In this document: in pieces, positions 1 through 9,360 of the stretch | Numbering within the stretch: position 1 is the first letter of the stretch | Layout: each line of letters starts with the position of its first letter | Origin: Promethearchaeota archaeon | GTDB taxonomy: Archaea > Asgardarchaeota > Lokiarchaeia > Sigyniarchaeales > SOKP01 | Assembly: GCA_048938855.1 (NCBI GenBank) | Contig: JBHLLT010000032.1 | Span: forward strand, 1-30,663 | Reading direction: 5' to 3' | DNA length: 30,663 nucleotides | Made by a program: the position numbers and the translations under genes | Notes under the pieces: generated by a model | What the model was told of the DNA's origin: nothing | The model's input: the letters and a program-made list of their open reading frames with translations, nothing else | Databases searched by the model: none

Positions 1-548
1 ATGGGTAGTGGTGCTCCAGGGTAAGGGATAATAAATTTAATAAGTACTTTGTAATCAATATAACCATCTTCTCCAGCCCCTAGTATTGCTTGTGCTTCAG
101 GTGTCAAGCCAAAACAATAAAATATTAAATCATAAATATCATACATAGTTAAAGGCGCATTCTTTACATCCAATTGTAAAGTTACCAAAGCTGTTCCATC
201 TGCTAACTCTCTTTCTTTGATATTTCCATCAATTATAGTATCTCCACTTACTAAACTATTTTCATACACCATATCTTCAACAAATGAGCCAAAACCGCAT
301 ATTTCATTGTCACAAGGCCAAGGAAATCCCATTTTGGCTACATAACCAGTATATGGGCTTACAAAATCAGCGAAAGCCCAATTTTGTTCACCCCACCAAA
401 AAAAGTTCCAATTAGGAATTAACCAATCATCTAATGGTCTCTCAGTTACCTTACCTTCGTTTGCTGTTACTACTGGTATAACACTGAAAATGAAGATTCC
501 TAATAATCCCAGAATAATTAATTTTGGTAAAATCTTGGATCTATTCAT
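1..548 (-). CDS. Secreted or membrane-anchored hypothetical protein, 3' end outside the window
   Basis: Missing from the ORF track because it runs off the window. Manual translation from ATG at 548 gives MNRSKILPKLIILGLLGIFIFSVIPVVTANEGKVTERPLDDWLIPNWNFFWWGEQNWAF..., open to the window edge, with a signal-peptide-like N-terminus (basic, hydrophobic, then VTA). Confidence 0.8.
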   Translation of the reverse strand, partial: MNRSKILPKLIILGLLGIFIFSVIPVVTANEGKVTERPLDDWLIPNWNFFWWGEQNWAFADFVSPYTGYVAKMGFPWPCDNEICGFGSFVEDMVYENSLVSGDTIIDGNIKERELADGTALVTLQLDVKNAPLTMYDIYDLIFYCFGLTPEAQAILGAGEDGYIDYKVLIKFIIPYPGAPLP

Positions 549-868
549 TTTTCTATCAACTCAAGTTCTTTTTCTAAATTTTTTTTTATTTTTTTTTTTT
601 GTTTGTTATTATAGCAGTTGAGATTTTTGATTGAATTAATTAACGTGCCATAACACATACTGAGTAGAACGTTTCGTATTTAAATGTTATGATCAAATTT
701 AAATATCTTAAATCGTTATGTATTATATAAGAATGAGGATTAATAACGTTCAATATTAAATGAAAATGTTTAGATTAATATAATATATTAATAAATATAT
801 CTTAACCAAATAAAAAATATTTAAATAAAAATTTAATATCAAAATTTTAAAGGAGTCTGAGAAATCGA

Positions 869-1597
869 GTGGATAAGAAATTTAGTAAAAATTTTGAAGA
901 AGAATGGGATAAATTAATAGCAAAGCATAAATTACGTTTTGATATCTGGGCTATCCTTGAACTTCATAATGAATTGAATGTTACTCAAATTACCCATTAT
1001 TTAGAACATAGTAAATCTACTGTTGCTAGACATCTTAAGCTGATGGAGAATGATGGTCTGCTTTTATCTAAGATTGGTGATGCAACAGTAGAAGGACGGA
1101 TACCTCCAAAAATCTATAAAATTAATCCAAAATTTAAAAAAAAAGAATTAAGGTCTGATGAATCAGATCTTTCAAAAGATCCTGAGAAACTCACACAATT
1201 TTTCAAAAGGGAAATTAATAATTACCGAAATTTAAGTTATAACATTACACAGTTATTAGATTACTTAGATCCATTATTAGATCTTCTTCAAGCGCAGTTA
1301 GGAGATATTAAAAAAGCCAAAAATACTTATGATAAATATCTCTCATATATAGACGAACCCATCTTTTTATATTTTGATAAGAAACGGGCTCAGAAACTTA
1401 TGGATCTAAGGACGGAGTATGTTTTCAAATTACACAAACTGGCTATGGATGAAGAATTAGATGCTGTAGAAGCATTTGTATATTTCGATATGTCTTTACC
1501 TCTTGCTGGTCTTTTTGAATTAAGAAGAAAAATTAAGCAAGCTCGAATAGATAAGGAAGTGGCAATTGAATTAGAACCATTAATCAAGAATTTTTAG
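869..1597 (+). CDS. ArsR-like winged-helix transcriptional regulator with a helical C-terminal extension
   Basis: RFDIWAILELHNELNVTQITHYLEHSKSTVARHLKLMENDGLL...KIYKIN matches the ArsR/HTH_20 wHTH pattern. AAGGAG lies upstream of the GTG start. Confidence 0.8.
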   Translation: MDKKFSKNFEEEWDKLIAKHKLRFDIWAILELHNELNVTQITHYLEHSKSTVARHLKLMENDGLLLSKIGDATVEGRIPPKIYKINPKFKKKELRSDESDLSKDPEKLTQFFKREINNYRNLSYNITQLLDYLDPLLDLLQAQLGDIKKAKNTYDKYLSYIDEPIFLYFDKKRAQKLMDLRTEYVFKLHKLAMDEELDAVEAFVYFDMSLPLAGLFELRRKIKQARIDKEVAIELEPLIKNF

Positions 1598-1816
1598 ATT
1601 TTCTCTCTTTTATCTCATTAATTATGAAATGAGAGCAGCTATTTTATTTTTTCAATCCTTTAGTTGATCAGAAAAAAATATAATCAAATAAATTTTTAAT
1701 AATTGGTAGAGGTATATAAATATAAGAAGTTCAAAATCTCGAAAAATTAAGAACAAATTGGAATCTTACTCCAAAAACGCAGATATTTAAAATTAATTAC
1801 TAGCTGAGGGCAATTA

Positions 1817-3226
1817 ATGTTAAGCGAGTTCTCTAAAATTAAACAACTTAAGGATGAGAGTAGATTTAAGGAAGCTCTTCAAATTATCAATGAACTGGAA
1901 AAAAACCATAATTTTTCAATAGATGAAAAATTTGAACTTTATCTTCTCAAGCATTCCCTCCTGTTTGAATTGGGGTATATGAATGAAGCTTTCACTTATT
2001 TGGATTTAGCAGAGGAAGAAAGAACTCATATAAAAGATAAACTCCAAATCTTCGATTTTCTCCTTTTTAAGATTAAACGTTTATTTATTCACGAAGAGAA
2101 CGATGAGGCAATTAAGATTCTTACGAAAGCTGAACGAATTCTTGAGACAATTAGTAATTTGTCATTAGTAGAATTTAAAGAGAGATATGCTTCTTTACTT
2201 CTAATAAAAGGGCTATATTATCTTAAGATAGGAAATAATGATCTTTCTATTGAATATGCTCAGAAGGTTTTAAAAATAGCTAAAGAAATTAATGATGAGA
2301 GGCTTAGATTACAAGCTTTTAAGTTATGGTGTTTTAATTACGGTTTTAAAGGTGATCATAAAAACGCTCTTAAAATTGGTAAAAATTATTTAGAATTGGC
2401 TAAGAAAGTAAATAATAAACAAGAAGTTATTGGTGCTCTTAATTCTTTGGGAATGACTCTCACTGAAAAAGAGGAATATGAACAAGCTTTAGACTATTTG
2501 GAACAAGGGTTATCAATATGTGATGAAATTAATAGTTTTAAAACAACCGCAGTTCTTACTTCTCTTTTTGATTTATATTTAAAAATAAACAATCTTGAAA
2601 AAGCTCAACAATGCCTAGTTCGTATAAAAAAGATCAAAAATCAAGTAAATCTAAAGTGGTTCGAGGATGCATATCATCTTGGAGAGGCAGAGTTCTTGAA
2701 AAAGAATTCTCAATGGATTAGCCAATTTAAGGCAAGAGAGATATTTAAGCAAATTATAAATGAAGAGGGTACATTCCTTGAATTCAATTATGTTGCCCTT
2801 ATACAACTTTGTGATTCATATTTAATAGAATTAGGCAACACAAATAATCTAAGAATATTAGATGAACTTCAACCTTATCTTACTCAATTAATGGATCTTG
2901 CCATTAGTCATCAATCTTATTGGTTACTTGTTGAAAGTTATTCATTTCAAGCTAAACTGAAACTTATAAATTTCGAATTTGGTGAAGCTATAAAATTTTT
3001 AGATCAAGCTTTATTAATAGCAAAGAAATACGGTCAAGACAGAATGGGCAAGCATATCATGAAAGAACGGGCTGAATTATCAAGAAATTTAATTAAATGG
3101 GAAAGATTAAAAGATACAGGAGCATCCATTTCAGACCGTATGGATTTAGCTCGCATTGATGAACAGATCGAACTTTTGCTTCAAAAGCGTAGATATTTAA
3201 AAACTATTAAAATATCTCAGGTATAA
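1817..3226 (+). CDS. Tetratricopeptide-repeat (TPR) protein
   Basis: Repeated helical hairpins such as ALNSLGMTLTEKEEYEQALDYLEQGLSIC and GLYYLKIGNNDLSIEYAQKVLKIA. GAGG lies upstream of the ATG. Confidence 0.8.
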   Translation: MLSEFSKIKQLKDESRFKEALQIINELEKNHNFSIDEKFELYLLKHSLLFELGYMNEAFTYLDLAEEERTHIKDKLQIFDFLLFKIKRLFIHEENDEAIKILTKAERILETISNLSLVEFKERYASLLLIKGLYYLKIGNNDLSIEYAQKVLKIAKEINDERLRLQAFKLWCFNYGFKGDHKNALKIGKNYLELAKKVNNKQEVIGALNSLGMTLTEKEEYEQALDYLEQGLSICDEINSFKTTAVLTSLFDLYLKINNLEKAQQCLVRIKKIKNQVNLKWFEDAYHLGEAEFLKKNSQWISQFKAREIFKQIINEEGTFLEFNYVALIQLCDSYLIELGNTNNLRILDELQPYLTQLMDLAISHQSYWLLVESYSFQAKLKLINFEFGEAIKFLDQALLIAKKYGQDRMGKHIMKERAELSRNLIKWERLKDTGASISDRMDLARIDEQIELLLQKRRYLKTIKISQV

Positions 3227-3371
3227 TAGTGATTTAATTTATAATTTTATTAAAAATAAAATTATTTTTGAAAAATCATTTAAAGCCTTCCTACCTAAAG
3301 TGATTCTTTTATAGTCAATAACTGTTAAATTCTAATTGAAGTTTACACAATCGTTACTTAGGTGAGAAAAT

Positions 3372-5522
3372 ATTACTACAATAGCGTGTTCATCATCTGT
3401 TTGTGAATTAGAGGAGGATGTAGAGAAAGCATCTTTTTTTGAAGAAAATTTCTGGTATTTCATTATTCCTGCAGCAATTTTACTTGGAATTTCCATATTA
3501 TTAGATTTTACTTTTAAAATTGGATTAATTGCTCAGATTCTCGCAATTGCTTCAGTTCTTCTTTCAAGTTCAGGAGTTGTGAAAGAAGCTATAGAAGATT
3601 TGAGTGAAAAGAAAATAACGGCTAATTTATTAATGCTTATTGCAGGTGTTGCATCATTTTTTATATTACATGGTCAAGAAGGTGCAACTGCTCTATTATT
3701 ATACGCTATAGCTGAAAGACTAGAGGTAATCACAACAGACAAATCGAGAAACGCTATTAAAGAATTACTGGAACTTGCTCCTGATGATGCATTATTAAAA
3801 TCGGAAAATGGGTATGTGAATGTCTCATCGAAAGAAGTCAAGATAGGGAATATCGTCGGTATAAAAGCAGGTATGAAAGTTCCACTAGACGGTGTTATTA
3901 TAAAAGGGAGTTCTTACTTTGATGAAAGTGCAATTACAGGTGAGTCCGTTCCAGTTTTCAAACAAGAAGGCGATGAGATTTTTGCAGCTAGCTTAAATAC
4001 TGATAGTTTTATAGATATAGAGGTAACTAGAGAAAGTACAAATACCATTGTTGCTCAAATAGCTGAAAGTGTGAAAGTTGCTCAACAAAATAAGAGCAAC
4101 CATGAACGATTTATAGAAAAATTTGCTAAATATTATACTCCTATTATTCTTTTAGCATCTATTTTAGTAATGGTTATTCCTCCCTTATTTGGTTTCAATT
4201 TTTACAATTGGTTCTATCGCGGATTAGTTCTATTAGTAGTTTCATGTCCCTGTGCTCTAACTCTATCTACACCTTTAGCAAATATAGCCTCTTTAACAAA
4301 ACAAGCACGAGAGGGGATTCTGGTGAAAGGTAATAAGTTTATCGAAAAACTTCAAGATGTTGAGGCTTTTGCATTTGATAAAACAGGAACCCTTACTGAA
4401 GGTAGATTAAAAATATTTGAAATTTATCCTTATAACGGTGCAAATAAAATGGATATAATAAATATTGCTGCAAGTTTAGAAGCTCTTTCTGAGCATCCAA
4501 TTGGAAAAGCAATAGTGAATCAAGCAAAAGAGATGCAATTAAAATTCCAAGCTGTTGATGATTTTGAAATCATAAAAGGAAAGGGTATTAAAGGAAATAT
4601 AAATGGTGAAATATTTTACGTTGGGAGCCAAACTTTTATTGAAGGATTGAATTATGAACTTCCTGTGGATGACCTTAAAGATATTCAAACCTCTGGAACT
4701 ATTCCCATTCTATTAGGAAACCAAAAACATTTGCTAGGAATAATCTCAATTCGAGATGTATTAAGGGTTTCTGCTCCGATCCTAATCAATGGATTAAAAA
4801 AGAGAGGTTATGAGACTGTATTAATTTCCGGTGATAATCAGAATGTATGTAACTCAATTGGAGCATGTTTAGATATTGATCAGGCTTATGGTGAACATCT
4901 ACCAGACCAAAAGCTTGAAGAAATAAAGAATCTAAAACAAAAATATAAAGGAGTAGCTATGGTAGGTGATGGCATAAATGATGCTCCAGCATTAGCTCTT
5001 GCAGACTTAGGGATTGCTATTGGAGCCTCTGCTACTGATATTACCTTAGAAACTGCGGATATCATAGTGATTGGGGAAGATTTGAAAAAAATTCTTACCT
5101 ATGTTGATCTCTCTAAAAATACTAATAAAAAAATAAGACAGAATATATGGACTTCTATTCTTGTTAAAATTTCATTTGCTATCTTGACAGTTATTGGTTT
5201 TATGACTCTCTGGTTAGCAGTTGGTATAGGAGATATGGGGGTTTCTTTACTAGTTTTACTGAATAGCCTAACTATTTTCCGTTATAAATTTAAATATAAG
5301 GAAATCGCTAAAGAAGAAGTAGAAAGTGAAGCCAAAATGATAATATGTGATAACTGTAAAACAAAAGATATTATACCGCAACATCATGGAAGAGATATGG
5401 TTCAGAAAGGAGATAAGTTAATTTGCTGGAAAAATATTCTTAGCAGTGAGGAGTTGGAAACTTGTAATGAAGAATTACCACTCCACTGCCCTTATTGTAA
5501 TAATAAGATGGAATTAAAATAG
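3372..5522 (+). CDS. Heavy-metal-translocating P1B-type ATPase (ZntA/CadA-like) with a C-terminal Cys/His metal-binding tail; start extended upstream of the ORF-track call
   Basis: Motifs TGES, CPC (VVSCPCALTLS), DKTGT, SEHP, SGDN and MVGDGINDAPAL, plus K in TM7 and DMG in TM8 as in the P1B-2 subfamily. The frame is open from 3366 and encodes CSSSVC and two extra TM helices. GGTGA at 3361-3365 suggests an ATT (3372) or ATA (3381) start; the exact start is uncertain. Confidence 0.9.
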   Translation: MTTIACSSSVCELEEDVEKASFFEENFWYFIIPAAILLGISILLDFTFKIGLIAQILAIASVLLSSSGVVKEAIEDLSEKKITANLLMLIAGVASFFILHGQEGATALLLYAIAERLEVITTDKSRNAIKELLELAPDDALLKSENGYVNVSSKEVKIGNIVGIKAGMKVPLDGVIIKGSSYFDESAITGESVPVFKQEGDEIFAASLNTDSFIDIEVTRESTNTIVAQIAESVKVAQQNKSNHERFIEKFAKYYTPIILLASILVMVIPPLFGFNFYNWFYRGLVLLVVSCPCALTLSTPLANIASLTKQAREGILVKGNKFIEKLQDVEAFAFDKTGTLTEGRLKIFEIYPYNGANKMDIINIAASLEALSEHPIGKAIVNQAKEMQLKFQAVDDFEIIKGKGIKGNINGEIFYVGSQTFIEGLNYELPVDDLKDIQTSGTIPILLGNQKHLLGIISIRDVLRVSAPILINGLKKRGYETVLISGDNQNVCNSIGACLDIDQAYGEHLPDQKLEEIKNLKQKYKGVAMVGDGINDAPALALADLGIAIGASATDITLETADIIVIGEDLKKILTYVDLSKNTNKKIRQNIWTSILVKISFAILTVIGFMTLWLAVGIGDMGVSLLVLLNSLTIFRYKFKYKEIAKEEVESEAKMIICDNCKTKDIIPQHHGRDMVQKGDKLICWKNILSSEELETCNEELPLHCPYCNNKMELK

Positions 5523-5615
5523 TATCTTGATTTTTCTCATTTTCTATATTTAATATAAATCTTAAAGATAAAATTACTCTATAAAGAGTATAAATATCGT
5601 ATTTTTTTTATGGAT

Positions 5616-7472
5616 TTATTTACCAATTAGTGCTTCAAATTCTTCTAAATTCCTAATATTGTTAAGTTTTTTATCTTCTACTGCTTTCTTAATATAACTT
5701 TCATCATACGCAATTACATTGGTCAGTAATTCTAATGCTTTTGCTTGGTTATTTCTAAGTGCTTCTAGACAAGCAAGATTATACATAACATTTAAATTAC
5801 CAGGATCTCTCTTTAATGCTTTATTTAGATATAATTCAGCTTTATCAAGATCACCTGAGATCAAAAATAAATTTCCAAGGTTGTTCTGAACATCAGCAAC
5901 ATTAAAGGAATAAGATTTTGGATCTTTGCTTGCAAAGATTTTAAAAATATTTAATGCTTCAATATAATACTTTTCTGCTTGCTCAAATTTTTGTAATTTG
6001 GCATTTACTAATCCCAGGGAATTTTGGATAAGTGCAATATTATATGTATATACCTCTGGATTGTTCTCTGCTAATTTCTGAGAGATTTGTAAAGCCTCAA
6101 TGAACATTGGTTCTGCCTCCTCAAATCTATTTAAACTAGCATATAAATCTCCAAGATCTAAAAAAGTTAGAACTAACTCGGGTAAAACTTGGTCAGGGAA
6201 GTGTTCTGCTAATTTTCTTTTTATTTTTAACGCTGCACGGTGCATTTCTTCTGCTTCTTCAAACTTCTGTAATTCAGTATAGGTGATGCCAAGATTGCTT
6301 AAAGTCTTAGCAATATCAATTAAGTACATATCATAATAAATCTTCGCCAATTTTCTGTAATTATCAATAGAATCAATTGTACCATCCTTAATATCCTCTA
6401 ATAAATCTAAATCAATACCAGCATTCCCAAAATCACTTATAATTGGGGGTTCATCAGGGAGATATATTCCATAATACTTTTTCATTAAATCATTATATGC
6501 CTTTAAATCATCGATATATGACTTTTCTATAGTTTTATAATCTGTTGAATGAAAATCTGGTGAATGTACATCGTAATACTGTTGTTCTAATTCTTTATAT
6601 GAACCCAATGCATCATTATATATCTTTTCTGCCTCTTCGAACCGTCTTAAATCAACATATAAGGTTCCAAGGTTTTTTTGAGTTGCAGCAATATAAGGTA
6701 GATAAATTTTGTAATATTTTTCAGCTAAATTTTTGTATATGTCTAATGCATCAAGAAAAATTTTCTCTGCATCCTCAGAGTTTCCTAGAATAGAAAAAAG
6801 ATTACCCACTACTATTAGTATTGGTGCTTTATATTTATCTTCAAGTACAAATAATTCTTCTGCAACATTTATTAATCTTTTATGTCGTTCGTCCAAATCC
6901 TCAATACTATTGGCAATAGTTAAAAATTCATTTACTATATCTTCAGTTGGATTTATTTTTGCCTTATAAAGTAAAATTTCGATTTGATCTTGGACATTAT
7001 CCTTGAGTCTTCTTAACTTTTTTTCATAATATTGTATTATATTCTCATAATTTTTGTTGTCAGCAAGTGGTTCTAGAATAAATTGTACTTCTTGAAAAGA
7101 ATACTTATATACATCTTCTTTACCTTCTATTTTCTTAAGGATTCCTGAATTAATTAAAAAATCGATAGATTTTTCTATATTTGGAAATCCGCAGCATGTT
7201 TTTATGGATCCCCCATCAATATTAGTAATAATTTCCATATTAATTAGTGCCAAATTCTTAAGTAATTCAAAAGCAGTAGGATTTGACGAGAAAACATCTT
7301 CAATGATTTGTATATATAATTGGAAAATTTGTTCTTTATTTATGTTTGGGTTAACAAATTCTAATTTTTCGAAGGTAATCTTTTTATAATTCTTTTTAAT
7401 AAATTTTTCTATACCCTTATGACCTTCAGGAAGCTTTTTAATAAACTCCAGTACTTTGTTAGGATATCTTAT
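5616..7472 (-). CDS. TPR-repeat protein (kinesin-light-chain-like 42-aa repeats); N-terminus extended beyond the ORF-track start at 7253
   Basis: Repeats YIAATQKNLGTLYVDLRRFEEAE, DIAKTLSNLGITYTELQKFEEAE and NIALIQNSLGLVNAKLQKFEQAE. The frame stays open upstream (IRYPNKVLEFIKKLPEGHKGIEKFIKK...) to a TGA at 7479-7481 that lies within AGTGA. Probable ATA start at 7472. Confidence 0.8.
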   Translation of the reverse strand: MRYPNKVLEFIKKLPEGHKGIEKFIKKNYKKITFEKLEFVNPNINKEQIFQLYIQIIEDVFSSNPTAFELLKNLALINMEIITNIDGGSIKTCCGFPNIEKSIDFLINSGILKKIEGKEDVYKYSFQEVQFILEPLADNKNYENIIQYYEKKLRRLKDNVQDQIEILLYKAKINPTEDIVNEFLTIANSIEDLDERHKRLINVAEELFVLEDKYKAPILIVVGNLFSILGNSEDAEKIFLDALDIYKNLAEKYYKIYLPYIAATQKNLGTLYVDLRRFEEAEKIYNDALGSYKELEQQYYDVHSPDFHSTDYKTIEKSYIDDLKAYNDLMKKYYGIYLPDEPPIISDFGNAGIDLDLLEDIKDGTIDSIDNYRKLAKIYYDMYLIDIAKTLSNLGITYTELQKFEEAEEMHRAALKIKRKLAEHFPDQVLPELVLTFLDLGDLYASLNRFEEAEPMFIEALQISQKLAENNPEVYTYNIALIQNSLGLVNAKLQKFEQAEKYYIEALNIFKIFASKDPKSYSFNVADVQNNLGNLFLISGDLDKAELYLNKALKRDPGNLNVMYNLACLEALRNNQAKALELLTNVIAYDESYIKKAVEDKKLNNIRNLEEFEALIGK

Positions 7473-7714
7473 CGTTAATCACTTCTAAGTCATGTAATTA
7501 ATATTGTTAAATTTCATTCTTTCATATTTAAATTTACTTAATAGTGATTCAAATGAGAGGTAAATTTATAAAGTGGTATTTTTTGATATCTCCCAAAGCT
7601 TTCAAAATGAGGTAAAGAATTAAATAATAAAATAGATGATCTTAGATTACCTAATTTTTTAATTAATTTATCTAATTTCTTCATTTGAAATGTTTACAAA
7701 AAGAGTTGAAATAT

Positions 7715-8428
7715 ATGACTGAAGTTCGAAAACATATTTGGATAATGCCCTTTATTGGAAGTATAATTACAGCAATTAGTCTTTTTACACCAACATTTTT
7801 ATATCCAGGAACGCCTGTTCCAGGAAATATGATAATTCGTTTTATGAATGGTTTTTATTTAATTGTTGGAGGAGGGTTTCCTGTACCATATTTTGTAGGA
7901 ATACCAAGTTTAATGATTGTTGGAATTGGGAGCATGATATTACTAGTTATTTCCACAATCATTTTGTTTATCTCACCTCTAACTCATAGAAATAAACAAA
8001 CACCAGGTTCTTGGATAGCTCTTAGTATTTTGCTTATTGGAGGGACAATTTTTTATATAGCTGGAACTGAATTAGGTTATTTCATATATCATCTTATTAA
8101 TTATGGCACGCCAGCTAGCTTTTTTCAAGGAGCTATCCCTAGCTTTGCAGTTATAGGGCCATTTATTGGTGGGGGATTGTCAATTATAGGATTTATTATC
8201 GGTAAAACTGTAGGGGGAGTAGAAAAAGTTGAAATAAAGCCAATTAGTAAAGCAGAACCTCCCGTTGTACAAGAACAACCTCAAGTTATAGAGGAAATAA
8301 GCCCATCAATTTCGGAACCAATCGAGGAACCTCATATGGTGAATTTCTGCCCTGTGTGTGGGGAAAAAATACCTGAAGCCGAAGCTAAGTTTTGCCCTGG
8401 ATGTGGATATAATTTAAAATCGGAATAA
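7715..8428 (+). CDS. Membrane protein (about 4 TM) with a Pro/Glu-rich linker and a C-terminal zinc ribbon
   Basis: Hydrophobic segments are followed by FCPVCGEKIPEAEAKFCPGCG. ATG 7715 is preferred over TTG 7685. Confidence 0.8.
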   Translation: MTEVRKHIWIMPFIGSIITAISLFTPTFLYPGTPVPGNMIIRFMNGFYLIVGGGFPVPYFVGIPSLMIVGIGSMILLVISTIILFISPLTHRNKQTPGSWIALSILLIGGTIFYIAGTELGYFIYHLINYGTPASFFQGAIPSFAVIGPFIGGGLSIIGFIIGKTVGGVEKVEIKPISKAEPPVVQEQPQVIEEISPSISEPIEEPHMVNFCPVCGEKIPEAEAKFCPGCGYNLKSE

Positions 8429-8469
8429 TTAATTTTTTTTTAAAGTTTTTTTTAATTTATGATTTGTTA

Positions 8470-9096
8470 TTATTTTAGTATCTTTCCTGTTTCCAAATAC
8501 CATAAATACAGATCTAATTCTGCCATATTTAACTCTAATTCATTTCCAATACTTTTTAAGACTTTTTCGATTTCTAAATATTTCGATTTTGTCATGGCTT
8601 TTGGTTTCTCTATTATATTATATTTGACCAATAGATCTACAATATGAAAATCTACAATTGCATACTCAGTATATCCAATATTTCGAAGAAAGTGACTTGC
8701 TTCTTTGTAGCCAATCCCTTTTACATTTTTCACTATCCATTCTCGTAGATTCATATCATCATTTCCTGATTTAATGATGTCCTCCAATAGAACAAGCTTA
8801 TCTCGTGCTTTGATAATAAAGCTAGAACGAACATTAGGAAAACGATAACCTAACTCTTTGAACTTTTTTGCCAATTCAATCTCAGAAAGAGTGAGGAAAT
8901 CATCTCCAATGTGATCATGCACCTCAATACATTTCATGGCACTACAATTAGCTGTCATTATGCAAAAACATAATTCTTTAAATATTTCTTCCTTTGAGGT
9001 CTCTTTAATAATACTAAATTCCAATAAACGAGAAACAATACGAGGTTTTACGTCACTATGTTTAAGAATTCGAATTTCATTGAGGAGTTCTTGCAT
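8470..9096 (-). CDS. ogg: 8-oxoguanine DNA glycosylase/AP lyase (archaeal Ogg2 family)
   Basis: FKELCFCIMTAN, GYRFPNVR, HhH motif VKGIGYKEASHFLRNIG, catalytic AIVDFHI, and C-terminal ELDLYLWYLETGKILK ending in the Ogg2 Lys. Confidence 0.93.
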   Translation of the reverse strand: MQELLNEIRILKHSDVKPRIVSRLLEFSIIKETSKEEIFKELCFCIMTANCSAMKCIEVHDHIGDDFLTLSEIELAKKFKELGYRFPNVRSSFIIKARDKLVLLEDIIKSGNDDMNLREWIVKNVKGIGYKEASHFLRNIGYTEYAIVDFHIVDLLVKYNIIEKPKAMTKSKYLEIEKVLKSIGNELELNMAELDLYLWYLETGKILK

Positions 9097-9205
9097 GGTT
9101 TCTAAAAGAGTATTCTAATTATAAAGTAATCAATAAAATTTTTAGGAATTTTAAATAATTATTATTAAAAAAAATAAGTTATATAGATTCTTTACTATAA
9201 TTTCT

Positions 9206-9290
9206 GCGGGAATTGCCAAGTATGGTCAAAGGCGATGGGCTCAGAACCCATTCTCATAGGAGTTCGGGAGTTCAAATCTCCCTTCCCGCA
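9206..9290 (+). tRNA. tRNA-Leu(CAG), intronless, no encoded CCA
   Basis: Acceptor stem GCGGGAA/TTCCCGC plus discriminator A; D arm GCC...GGC; anticodon stem ATGGG/CCCAT with loop CT-CAG-AA; long variable arm; T arm GGGAG-TTCAAAT-CTCCC. Confidence 0.96.
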
Positions 9291-9360
9291 TTTGATCTAT
9301 ATAAAAATCAAAATAATAATATACTAGGATAATTATATAGTAATATAACTTGAAAACTGA

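Noticed and set aside
3336-3365. Sec read-through in the ATPase (TTG 3336 to in-frame TGA 3363)
   Set aside because: The TGA is part of the GGTGA ribosome-binding site, and I see no AUGA/GA SECIS after the stop at 5522.
7479-7487. In-frame TGA upstream of the TPR gene as Sec
   Set aside because: An in-frame TAG lies two codons further upstream, so there is no upstream coding segment.
9206-9290. tRNA-Sec, suggested by TCA in the anticodon loop and the long variable arm
   Set aside because: The 7-nt loop CTCAGAA centres on CAG. The 7-bp acceptor stem and discriminator A fit tRNA-Leu.
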